A stretch of DNA of 64,000 nucleotides from Kiritimatiellia bacterium (GTDB lineage: Bacteria > Verrucomicrobiota > Kiritimatiellia > JAAZAB01). A model generated the notes under the pieces. The model was not told where the DNA came from and did not search any database. It worked only from the letters and a program-made list of their open reading frames with translations. The DNA is taken from positions 1-64,000 of the forward strand of contig JAXGPF010000008.1 in NCBI GenBank assembly GCA_040767085.1, in the 5' to 3' direction. Position numbers and translations under genes: made by a program. This document shows positions 28,241 to 37,434 of this stretch, one piece after another (position 1 is the stretch's first letter; every line of letters starts with the position of its first letter).

Positions 28241-29884
28241 TCAACGCGGTGCGGCGGCGCCTGGCCGCGGCTGATGCGCGCGGCGCAGCAGCAGGTAAAA
28301 GCGGCCGGCATATTCCTGGTTGAAGACCGGCTGCCAGTCCGGCAGGACTTCAGCGAAATCCGCGGGATCTCTGCCCGGCGGGTAGGAGACGATCAGGGCA
28401 AAGGCCGCGGCGCCGGACTGTGCCGGCAAGGCGCGCAAGTCATCAAACGGGCGGGCGGGGTGTCCGTAAAAAATCAACGCTCCCGCCGTGTTCTCGCTCA
28501 GCTTGTACCCCCACAATTCGGCTTCCGCCGGCAGATGCCGTTCCAGGGCGGCCATCAGTGGTTTCATGCTTTTGCATTGATTCAAGTACGGTTCCCATGA
28601 CCAGCCCAGCGTCAGCCCGGCGCCCACTGCCATGCCGGCCAAGGCCCGCCACATCACGCGCCATTCCCGCCGGAGCATGCCGCGGCAGGTGTAAAATCCC
28701 GCCACGGCCATCCCGGCAGCCAGCACGGCGCCGCCGGCCAGCCGTTCGCCTGTCAGCCACATCGGGGCCAGCGGCAAGGCCAGGCTCACCAGCGTGGCCA
28801 ATACGGCGAACAGGCGCGTGGTATGCAGCCGCCAGCCGCTTGGCGGCATGCTGCCCGCGAATGTCGCCTCCACCCAGGCGCCGGCAAAAACCGCCAGGGG
28901 CGGCAACAAGGGCAGGAGGTATTGTTGTCCTTTTTCACCGGCGATATTCAAAACCAGATACATGGCGCCAACCCACCAGAGCAGGAAGAGCGCGAAGCGG
29001 CGCAGGACGGGGTTGTTTGCGCTTTGCCCCCGCAGGTGCTGGATGCCGGCGGGAATGACCAGTGTCCAGGGCATGGCGACGGCCAGAAGGTAGGGCAGGT
29101 AATACCAGCGCACCTTGATCGGCTCGAATGTGCCGGCCAGGCGCTGACAGTGATTGTGGATGAAAAATATCTTGAAATATTCCGCCCCGCCGCGCTGCCA
29201 GAGCGCCAGCAGCCAGGCGCCGGCCAGGGCGCCAAAAATCAAGAAGCCGGCGGCGGGCGACAGTCTTGGAATTTTATGCCACTGGCGCGCATGCGTCAGG
29301 TAGCCGCACAAGGCGGCGCCGATCAGCACCACGCCTACGCCGCCCTTGCAGAGAAACGCCATCCCGGCGGAAGCGGCGAAGGCCGCTGCCGCCCAGCGCC
29401 GCCGCCGCGGCAATTCGGTTTCCAGCGCCGTGAAAGCCGCCCACATGGCCGCCAGCATGAAAAACACCAGGCCGTTATCCACCATGGCGCCGTGGTTGAC
29501 TTCCAGAAACAGCGCCATAGTGCCCAGGGCAATCACCGATGCCTGCGCGGCGCGCGGCGGCAGCGCGGCGCGCGCCAGGCCGTAAACCGCCGCCAGCGTG
29601 GCCAGCGTGAAGAACAGCACGGGCAGCCGCACCGCCCAGTCCTGGTACCCGAAGACCAGCAAGGGTCCGGCCATCAGCCAGGTGTAAAGCGGGGGTTTTT
29701 CCAGGAATGGCCGGCCGTTTAAATGCGTTGCCACCCAGTTGCCGTTTTCAATCATTTCCCGGGCGATGCCGGCTTCGCGCGCCTCGGCCGGCCGCCACAA
29801 ATCATGGTTGAAAGTGCCGAAGATATACAAAGGCGCCGCGACCAGCAACGCGCCCCAGATGCCGCGGCTGAATTTATGCAGCAT
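28241..29884 (-). CDS. ArnT/PMT-like glycosyltransferase (GT83/GT39)
   Basis: EAREAGIAREM, FLEKPPLYTW, AVRLP, FLCKG, YLLPLLPPLA; many TM helices. Confidence 0.92.
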   Translation of the reverse strand: MLHKFSRGIWGALLVAAPLYIFGTFNHDLWRPAEAREAGIAREMIENGNWVATHLNGRPFLEKPPLYTWLMAGPLLVFGYQDWAVRLPVLFFTLATLAAVYGLARAALPPRAAQASVIALGTMALFLEVNHGAMVDNGLVFFMLAAMWAAFTALETELPRRRRWAAAAFAASAGMAFLCKGGVGVVLIGAALCGYLTHARQWHKIPRLSPAAGFLIFGALAGAWLLALWQRGGAEYFKIFFIHNHCQRLAGTFEPIKVRWYYLPYLLAVAMPWTLVIPAGIQHLRGQSANNPVLRRFALFLLWWVGAMYLVLNIAGEKGQQYLLPLLPPLAVFAGAWVEATFAGSMPPSGWRLHTTRLFAVLATLVSLALPLAPMWLTGERLAGGAVLAAGMAVAGFYTCRGMLRREWRVMWRALAGMAVGAGLTLGWSWEPYLNQCKSMKPLMAALERHLPAEAELWGYKLSENTAGALIFYGHPARPFDDLRALPAQSGAAAFALIVSYPPGRDPADFAEVLPDWQPVFNQEYAGRFYLLLRRAHQPRPGAAAPR

Positions 29885-29913
29885 GAATAGAAACTCCCTT
29901 GCGTGGTTTTTGA

Positions 29914-29941
29914 GTGTTCAGTGTTCGGTGTTCAGTTTTCG
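29914..29941. repeat. Four tandem heptamers GT(G/T)TTC(A/G)
   Basis: GTGTTCA GTGTTCG GTGTTCA GTTTTCG upstream of the ArnT-like gene. Confidence 0.7.
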
Positions 29942-30074
29942 GCAGTTAACCGCAATCGGAATCAATGCTGATCCCAATTTCGATTTGCGTGTGTGGGCGC
30001 AAGCTCACGTTAGCCTGCATATTTTTCGATTTTATGGAAAATAGTCAATTTAAAATTTTGTCCGGCCAGAAGCC

Positions 30075-30456
30075 GGGTGTAAGACAAAATTGTTGATGAT
30101 ATGTGTAAACTTTAATTTCGCGTAGGATTCAGTGTGTTTTATGAGTCCGCTATAGATACAACCCTTTAAATTCCGGTAATTTCGGCCAGGTTACACTATC
30201 CTGGCCGAAATTGGGCCACCGCGTTGCGAATTCCGCTCCCCGAGCTTGTCGAGGGGTTCGAAAAGACAAGGCAAGTTTGGGGTGGATGCGTGGGCGCAGG
30301 CGATGGCGCTAATCTCTTGATTGCGCCATCGCCTGCAACCACGCCCGCAGGGTCCGCGCAGCGGACAGACGCCCCAAAATGGCCGCCGTTCTTTTCGAAC
30401 GGAATTCGCTACGCATCCCTGCCGCCGCACTACCCCAACTAATTTGTCTTACATCC
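30075..30456. mobile_element. Non-autonomous MITE (copy A) carrying a structured core
   Basis: TIRs GGGTGTAAGACAAA / TTTGTCTTACATCC; flanks CAGAAGCC and CGGAAGCC (8-bp TSD, one mismatch); structured core at 30221-30414. Confidence 0.75.
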
Positions 30457-30581
30457 CGGAAGCCGTCCATCCAAATTTTCAGCGGTCCGGCCAAGCGGCC
30501 GATTAGCAGAAGATGCGAAAGCACTTTCCGTCAAGTAGAACATGCTTGACTTCAATGATCCAATCCATAAATCTGGATGAG

Positions 30582-33500
30582 ATGGCGATGCGTATATTCA
30601 TCACAATGATTGTCTTATGCCTGGCGGCGGCCGGCGGCGCGGCCGCGCCGCCGGCTGCCGTTTCCAGCGCATTTTATACCCGGTGGCAAGCCGGCGCGGC
30701 GCTGGCGCTGCTGGCCGGAAATCCCGCCCAGGCGGAACGCGCGCTGGCGGACCTGGCGGAATCCGGCGCGGGCTTGCCGGCCGCCGAGCGGCCCGATGCG
30801 GCGCGATTCCTGCAGGCGGCCATTTGTCACGCGGCGCGCCGGCCGGCCACGAACGCGCTGCACATTTTCGCCCCCGGCATGGATGCCCGCCGCGCGGCGC
30901 TCTGGGATGTTCTGGAGCGCCTGCCGTGGACCGGCGGCCGGCGCGCTGCCTGGGACGGATTGCTGCGGGACCTGGCGGACAACGGCATCTGGTACGATTC
31001 CGCCATGCTCCGGCTGCCGGGTTTCCTGGAGCTTTGCCGGGAACAGCGCGCGGCGCCGGAACAGTTGTCTGCCCTGGCGGCCGGCCTGGGCGCGGCGCCG
31101 GCGGGATTGTTGGATGCGCTTTGGCTGGCGCGGAGTTTATACCCGCGTCAGGCGGAGCAATGGCGGGAATTATTCGCCGCGCGCCTGAGCGGCGAACGCG
31201 ATCCGGGAGTTTTACTGGCGGTGTTTGCGGGATTGGACGCCGGGCATTGGCGGCAGTTGCCCCGGCCGCGGGCGGAGTACCAGGCGGCGCTGGCGGAGTG
31301 GCTGTTGGGCAATATCTCCGCCGACCAGTGGCCGGCCCTGGACCGGGAGATGCTGCTGGCCATGGCGCGCGCCGGGCCCGCGCCGCTGGGGGAATGGGAA
31401 CGCATGTTGGCGGCCGCGCTGGCGGCCGCGCCGGAGGCCGCCGCCATCCGGGGCTGCCTCGACGCGCTGGTCAAGGCGCACGCGGCGCCGCGGGAAACCT
31501 TCGCGGCCATCGCGCCCTTGCTGGCCGAACACCAGGCGCTCTTCTGTCTGCTGCATGCTCCGACCAACGGCGTGATGGATACCTTGAACCGCGATCCGCG
31601 CAACCGCGAGGCGGCGCGCCGCATGCTGGCAGCCTTTCTGGCGCCCGAACGCGAAGCGGCATGGGATGCGCGCCTGGCCGGCCTGCTGCCCTTTTATTAC
31701 CAGACGGCGCGGCGCCGCGCCCAGGACGATTTATATGCGGAGGTAGTGCGCCCGATTGTCGGCGCGCGCTTGGCCCCGGATTTCGATCCGGCCCGCGCGG
31801 CCAACCCGGTCCGCCGGCAATTGACTTCCGCCTTGACCGGGCCGGAAGCTTATCTGGCGCCGCGCCATGGCCGGGATTTGGCCGCTGCGTTTCAGGCCGG
31901 GCTGGATTGGGAAGCCGGGATCGAACTGGCAACCGGCGCGGCGCCCAATTACCGTTTCGTGGCGGAGACCCTGTTGGCGTTGGGGCCGCGTTGGCTGGAG
32001 GATGACGCGACGCGCCATGACGGCATGCTTTATGCCGCGGCGCTGGCGCGCTGGACGGATTGGATGCTGCGCGGCGGACTGGAGCGGCCGGCAACGCTGC
32101 GGTTTGACTCGCCCGGCGTGGATGCCAGCCTGCGCGCGGTAGCGCGCGCCTGGCGCGAGACGCGGAACCGGTTTAAATTGCGGCAGCATGAAGTGGATTT
32201 GCAGGCCTTGTTCGCAGGCCTGACCGAAGAATTGTCCGCCGCGGCGGCGGAGTTTCGCCGCAAGGGCGGCGATTATGATGCCGGACGCGCCCGCCGGGAA
32301 CGGCTGGTGCAGGCGCTGCGGCTGACGCTGACCATCAGCGCCTTGATCGAAGACACCTCGCAATTGGAGACAGTGCTGGCTGTCATGCGCGGCCAGATTT
32401 TTGCGCTGCCGGAGTCCGGCGCCGCCCCGGCGCGCGTCCGGACTGAGGATGTGCTGCGGGAAGAAGTGGAACTTTTCCGGATGCTGGATGACGACCTGGC
32501 CGGATGCCTGCAGGGCCTGGCGCAGGCGCCCGGCGCCGCGCGCGAGTTGCAGGAACTGCTGCGTGATTTCGCGGTGCGCTACCACCATGAAGTGCAACTC
32601 GGCCTGCTGGCGACCGACGGTTTTCTCGCCCGGCTGCATGCCGTGGATGGACAGTTGACACCTTTCCGCCGCCTGCTGCAGGCCGGGCCGGCGGCGCATC
32701 CCTGCGCCCTGCCCGGCGCGGCGGCGCGGGAATCCTTTATTCAACTGGCCGCGCTGCTGGACCGCAGCCGTTTTTTAAATGCCGGCGATGGCTTGCCGGC
32801 ACTGCTGGAAATTTACCGCGCCCGGTTGCAGTTGTCCTTCTGGCGCAATCCGCTGCTCTGCGGCTTGAATGCGAACGTCGGGTTGCCGGTTTTGTTTCAA
32901 ATGCTGCGGGATGAGCCTTTGCCATCGCCGGCGGAGTTGCCGCCCGCGGCGGCGGAGGGCGATTGGCCGGCCCCGCATTTCCTGCCCGTGCTGGATGCGC
33001 TTCGGGCCGGCCTGGCAGCCGGGCCGGAGCGTGTGTTGGTCCGGCGGGTGCAGTATGACGATGCCGGCCGCGCCGTGCGCACGGAACTGCACGATCTCCA
33101 TGAATATATCTGGCGCGCCGACCGGCTGCTGCGCGCCCAGGAACTGCTGTCGTTCCCCGTCGCTCTGGCAGAAGGATCGCCGGGCGGCGCCGCGCCGCCG
33201 GATGACGCGCCGGTGTTTGCCTTGGCCAAGGCCGCGGTTTCGGCCAACCGGGCCGGCGATATACCGGCGCTGGCATTGCCGGGCGGCGCGGCGCCGCGCC
33301 GCCGGCTGGATGGCGCGCGCCGTGCGGAATTATGCCGGGTGGCCCTGCAATATGCCCGGACGCTTGACGACGCCATCGCCGCCGCGGAATGCGCCGTGAT
33401 GCTGCCGAATGCGCCGGAAAACGCGGCGGAACCCGGCCGGTTGGAGGCGTATGACAAACTGCGCCGGGCGGCGTTTGAGCGTTTGAGCGCGGCCATGGAT

Positions 33501-35561
33501 GCCGAGGCATATTCCGAGCGTCTGGCGGATGGATTGATCGCCATGCTGCGGCTGGAAGTCAGCCTGCGCGGCCGGGGCCGGGCGCTGGGCGCCCGGCAAG
33601 CCGCGGGGGCATGGTCGGCCCGGCTCGATCCCGCCGGGCGTTGGCGTCTGCTGGTGGAGCAATGGTCCATGCAGAATCATTTTCCAGCTTCCGCCGCCGC
33701 CGTCAAATCCTGCCGGGAACATTCTTTGCCGTCGGTGGAATGCCGGGCTTGCCGGGATGCCGTGGCGGCCGCCCTGGATGCGCGCGGCAACGAGTTGGAG
33801 GATTTGCGGCGGTTCTGCGCCGCGCAGGCTGGCGCCGCGCCAGCCGCGGCGCCGCGCAACCGCTGGGAAGCCATCGCGCAGTTGGCAGTGTTCCTGCGCC
33901 GCCTGGATAACGTGGCCGCGGAAATTGCCGCCATCGGTCCGGATACGGTGAAGTCGGCCTGGTACCTGTCGTCGCAGGCGCGCCGCGCCATGGAACTCGT
34001 GCCGCCGCACTGGACGGCCCGGCCGGCCTGGACCGACTTGATTGATCCGGAGGAGCCGCTGGCGGCCGCCATGGTGCGGGTGGCCCGGTTTTACGCGGTC
34101 ACCTTCAGCGAATTATTGCCCATTCATGGCAACATTGCGCAGGCGGACTTGCTGGGCGATGATGCCGGCCGGCCGGCCAATGGCGACGCTCTGGCGGTTT
34201 TCAGCATGCTGGATGCCGGGATCAAGTCGTTTTTGCTGGATGTTGCGGCCTTGGAGCGGCGTTTGCCGCCAGCCGCCGGCGCCGCCGATACCCTGGCGCC
34301 CGTGGGCACGCTGGCGCCGCGCGAGTTGGTGGCGGTGCATTCGGCCATGCAGCCGCTGCTGGCGCTCGGCGTGTGGTCGCACGGGACGAATGCTGTTCAG
34401 GGCGGCGGCACGCTGATGCAGTTTGTGGTGGAAGGCCGGCAATACGCGGAAACATATTTCGACCTGGATATCGTCCTGGAAACCGGCGGGTCGTTTACCC
34501 TGGCGCCGCGCGGCATGTTCGAAGAATCCCTCCGGTCGTGGGACTTGCTGATGGCGGCGGCGGACCCGGTCAACGGCGATGAATTTATTTATAACGCCTG
34601 GTTCGGCGACCTGCGCCGGACCCTGGCCGGCGCGGGCGGCAGCCTTCCCGATCAATTCAATCTGGATGCCTTTTTGATCGCGGCTTCCGAGATCATGGAG
34701 GACACCCGTTATGAAACTGCCAGGCTGGCCCACCTGCGGGCGATGGCCTCAACCTTTCAGGGGGAGTTGTCCGCCTGGCTGGATGGCGGCGGCGGCGCGG
34801 CCATGGGCCGCGGATTCGCCGCGGCGCGCACCCCGATGGTGCTGGCCGCCATCGCGGAAAGGATGGCGGATCGCCTGGGATTGTATCGTCCGGAAGGCGC
34901 GGACGGATTAGCGGCGCTGGAAGGCCGGCGGCGGGAGGCCTATGCCGGATTCTGCCGGCATTGCCTGTTCGATACTGGCGCCGGGCAGCCGGTTTTCCCG
35001 GCGATCGTGCGCGAATCGCTCGCCGCCGGCTTTGCCGGCGGTTTGGCTGCGGAACTTGCCGGCGCCACCAACGGCTTGCAACTGGCCCGCGCGCGCTTTG
35101 CCGCTTTATTCGATCCATATGCCCCGCCAGCCGCCGCGCCTGGCAACGCTGACGCCGGCCCGACATCGCCGCGCTCCAGCGGTATAACCGGTTTGTATAG
35201 CCGGGCGTTGGCGGATGCTGCCGGCAATCCCGGTTATTGGTTTGCGGGGGATTTTACCCAGGCCTACATGCATCTGGCATCGGAAATATATTGGCGTGGA
35301 GCGCGGGGGAGAGATGGCGCCGGCGCGGCGCCGACGGTGAGCCATCCCTGGCGGCTGGATGAAAATGGGCGCGCTTACATCAGCGCGGCCGCTCCGGAAG
35401 ATGCCCTGGCGGCGCTGGCGCTCCATGCGGCGGAGGTCCGCGAGCATCTGGTCTGGCGCGCCGCATGCGCCGGGCGTTATGCCGGAGTGCCGTTTATCCG
35501 CCGGTTTTTCGGCGGCCGGCCGCTGCCGCCGGCGCCGGCCGGGGATGCCGCCGGGAAATAA
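30582..35561 (+). CDS. Very large secreted Ala/Leu-rich, probably all-alpha hypothetical protein (about 1660 aa)
   Basis: Long uninterrupted ORF with GC3 bias, signal peptide MRIFITMIVLCLAAAGGAAA; no family recognised. Confidence 0.8.
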   Translation: MAMRIFITMIVLCLAAAGGAAAPPAAVSSAFYTRWQAGAALALLAGNPAQAERALADLAESGAGLPAAERPDAARFLQAAICHAARRPATNALHIFAPGMDARRAALWDVLERLPWTGGRRAAWDGLLRDLADNGIWYDSAMLRLPGFLELCREQRAAPEQLSALAAGLGAAPAGLLDALWLARSLYPRQAEQWRELFAARLSGERDPGVLLAVFAGLDAGHWRQLPRPRAEYQAALAEWLLGNISADQWPALDREMLLAMARAGPAPLGEWERMLAAALAAAPEAAAIRGCLDALVKAHAAPRETFAAIAPLLAEHQALFCLLHAPTNGVMDTLNRDPRNREAARRMLAAFLAPEREAAWDARLAGLLPFYYQTARRRAQDDLYAEVVRPIVGARLAPDFDPARAANPVRRQLTSALTGPEAYLAPRHGRDLAAAFQAGLDWEAGIELATGAAPNYRFVAETLLALGPRWLEDDATRHDGMLYAAALARWTDWMLRGGLERPATLRFDSPGVDASLRAVARAWRETRNRFKLRQHEVDLQALFAGLTEELSAAAAEFRRKGGDYDAGRARRERLVQALRLTLTISALIEDTSQLETVLAVMRGQIFALPESGAAPARVRTEDVLREEVELFRMLDDDLAGCLQGLAQAPGAARELQELLRDFAVRYHHEVQLGLLATDGFLARLHAVDGQLTPFRRLLQAGPAAHPCALPGAAARESFIQLAALLDRSRFLNAGDGLPALLEIYRARLQLSFWRNPLLCGLNANVGLPVLFQMLRDEPLPSPAELPPAAAEGDWPAPHFLPVLDALRAGLAAGPERVLVRRVQYDDAGRAVRTELHDLHEYIWRADRLLRAQELLSFPVALAEGSPGGAAPPDDAPVFALAKAAVSANRAGDIPALALPGGAAPRRRLDGARRAELCRVALQYARTLDDAIAAAECAVMLPNAPENAAEPGRLEAYDKLRRAAFERLSAAMDAEAYSERLADGLIAMLRLEVSLRGRGRALGARQAAGAWSARLDPAGRWRLLVEQWSMQNHFPASAAAVKSCREHSLPSVECRACRDAVAAALDARGNELEDLRRFCAAQAGAAPAAAPRNRWEAIAQLAVFLRRLDNVAAEIAAIGPDTVKSAWYLSSQARRAMELVPPHWTARPAWTDLIDPEEPLAAAMVRVARFYAVTFSELLPIHGNIAQADLLGDDAGRPANGDALAVFSMLDAGIKSFLLDVAALERRLPPAAGAADTLAPVGTLAPRELVAVHSAMQPLLALGVWSHGTNAVQGGGTLMQFVVEGRQYAETYFDLDIVLETGGSFTLAPRGMFEESLRSWDLLMAAADPVNGDEFIYNAWFGDLRRTLAGAGGSLPDQFNLDAFLIAASEIMEDTRYETARLAHLRAMASTFQGELSAWLDGGGGAAMGRGFAAARTPMVLAAIAERMADRLGLYRPEGADGLAALEGRRREAYAGFCRHCLFDTGAGQPVFPAIVRESLAAGFAGGLAAELAGATNGLQLARARFAALFDPYAPPAAAPGNADAGPTSPRSSGITGLYSRALADAAGNPGYWFAGDFTQAYMHLASEIYWRGARGRDGAGAAPTVSHPWRLDENGRAYISAAAPEDALAALALHAAEVREHLVWRAACAGRYAGVPFIRRFFGGRPLPPAPAGDAAGK

Positions 35562-35582
35562 AAGCGGGTCCGGAAATCCGAT

Positions 35583-36986
35583 ATGCGTAAAAATGAGATC
35601 ATAAACCTGATGCGAGGCCTGTGCGCCTGGGCGTTGCTGGCGCTGGGCTTGGCCGCCGGCCGGGCGCAGGGGATCGTCGGCCTGCATGGCGCGGAACTGG
35701 GGGGGATGGAACCCTGGGATATTCCACTCCCCGAAACGCCGATGGATGACGGGATGGCGCGCCGCATCGCGGAAGTTGCATATCCGCATCTCCTGCGCCT
35801 GGACGCGCGCGAATCGCTGTTGAGCGGAGCGGCCACCAATGTCTGGCTCGATCCGGCCCGCGCCCTGGACGCGCTGGAGGAAATGCAGCCGGAACTGGCG
35901 CGGGATATTTTGACGGTTGCCGCCTTGCTCGGCAAGCATGCCGCGGAAGTCAGCGGTTGGGAAGCCGGGATCGCTTCCAACCTGGCTCTCGGCGCGCCCT
36001 GGACGGCAGCGGCCTTGAGCCAGGCCTTGAATCTCAAGCCCGACGGGACTGCCGCATCCGATCCTGTCGCCCGCCGGCATTGGCTGGCCGCCGCCTGGGC
36101 ACCGGTGGCGGCGGGATTGAATCTGTCGGAGCCGGCGCGGCAAGTCGTGGCCGCGCTGGGATTGTCGGCCGAAGCGCATGCCGCCGATCCGGCCTGGTCC
36201 TGGCTGGCATTCCTGGCCGCTTTGCGCCGGACCGCGGCGGATGCCGGGGCCCGGACCTATGCTGCGCCGTCCTTACAGGCTTTGCTGGGCGACTTGCGAT
36301 CAACCATGCTCGCGCCGCATGCCCTCGGGGACTTGGCGGAGGCGGCGGATTTCCATGAGCGCATGGAAGCGCTGATCGGCGGGCAGGCGGTCGCCGGGCT
36401 GTTCCGGCCGGAATTGCTGGACCGCTGGGTGCTGGAAGGCGGTGATTTCATCTATGAAGCTTTCTGCGCGCAGGCGGGCGGTGCGGTGCGCGCCGCCCTC
36501 GATGGCGCCGTCTTGTCGGCCGTTTTAAGCGATGGTTTTGTCTGGCAGGAAAACGCGGCGGAGGTTGTGGCGGCGGGCTATGAAGTCCGGGCCGCCCGTT
36601 ACGCGGTGCTGGCGGGAGAGTTGGGCGCGCGGCTGGCCGCGGGGAACGCGGGCGGGCCGGACGCAGGACGGCTGTATGGTTATTATCTCATGCTTTTGGC
36701 GCGTTTCCCGCCTTGCCTGTCGCCTTTCCGCGTCGAACTGGTGAATCCGAACTGGCTGAGGTTTGTCGAGGAAAATCCCGCCTTCGGCGCGGAAATGGCG
36801 TCTGCCCGCCCCGCAACGCCGGCGGCAGCCGATGCCGCGGCGCCGCCGCCCATGCCCATGCTATGCCTGCTGCAGTCCGATGCCTGGCAGGATGAAACCG
36901 GCCTGTGGCAATGGCGGCCGCGCGTCGCCGGCCGGCGGCATCGCCTGGATCAATACCTGCGGCGCCCAGCGGAAAACAGGGAGTGA
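35583..36986 (+). CDS. Secreted hypothetical protein
   Basis: Signal peptide (ALLALGLAAGRAQ), helical composition, 21 bp downstream of the previous gene. Confidence 0.78.
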   Translation: MRKNEIINLMRGLCAWALLALGLAAGRAQGIVGLHGAELGGMEPWDIPLPETPMDDGMARRIAEVAYPHLLRLDARESLLSGAATNVWLDPARALDALEEMQPELARDILTVAALLGKHAAEVSGWEAGIASNLALGAPWTAAALSQALNLKPDGTAASDPVARRHWLAAAWAPVAAGLNLSEPARQVVAALGLSAEAHAADPAWSWLAFLAALRRTAADAGARTYAAPSLQALLGDLRSTMLAPHALGDLAEAADFHERMEALIGGQAVAGLFRPELLDRWVLEGGDFIYEAFCAQAGGAVRAALDGAVLSAVLSDGFVWQENAAEVVAAGYEVRAARYAVLAGELGARLAAGNAGGPDAGRLYGYYLMLLARFPPCLSPFRVELVNPNWLRFVEENPAFGAEMASARPATPAAADAAAPPPMPMLCLLQSDAWQDETGLWQWRPRVAGRRHRLDQYLRRPAENRE

Positions 36987-36994
36987 TATTGCAG

Positions 36995-37051
36995 TTCCGT
37001 TTCGACTTGATACATTTTTGCGTAGCAAAAATGTATCAAGCCGCAATGGAG
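36995..37051 (+). repeat. Long hairpin (16-bp perfect core, GTA loop) just after a stop codon
   Basis: CTTGATACATTTTTGC-GTA-GCAAAAATGTATCAAG; homologous hairpin at 43141-43195. Confidence 0.75.
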
Positions 37052-37200
37052 TTTGGATAGAATTCATCGTGGTGCTTAATGGCCATGCTGATAAAAGCAT
37101 GCCCATCGTTGGAGAGGCGCCAACGTCTGGAGTGTGCGGATTTTGAAATCAAAAAAGCAAGACATGGGAGATGGAAGATTGACAAGGTGGTGGCGAGAAA

Positions 37201-37430
37201 AAGGCGGGTTGACGCAGGCGTCAGCCACTTGTCATGCGTAGCGCCGCGCGAAGCATGATGCCACCGTGGTTTGAATTCGGGCGCCCGTAGTCCGCGGAGG
37301 GATTCGAAAAGGCAAGGCAAGCTTGCCCCAGATGCGGGTAAGATCGCCGCCACCCTTTTCGAACCGAATTCAAAACACAACGATGGAGAGGAAGCAAAAC
37401 AAAATTGGGTTGCGGGCATACGCCCGCCTT
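37201..37430 (+). repeat. Structured repeat element copy B (internally deleted)
   Basis: Homologous to 43261-43564; short IR AAGGCGGG/CCCGCCTT; core TTTGAATTCGG...CAAGGCAAG...CCGAATTCAAA. Confidence 0.8.
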
Positions 37431-37434
37431 GTAT

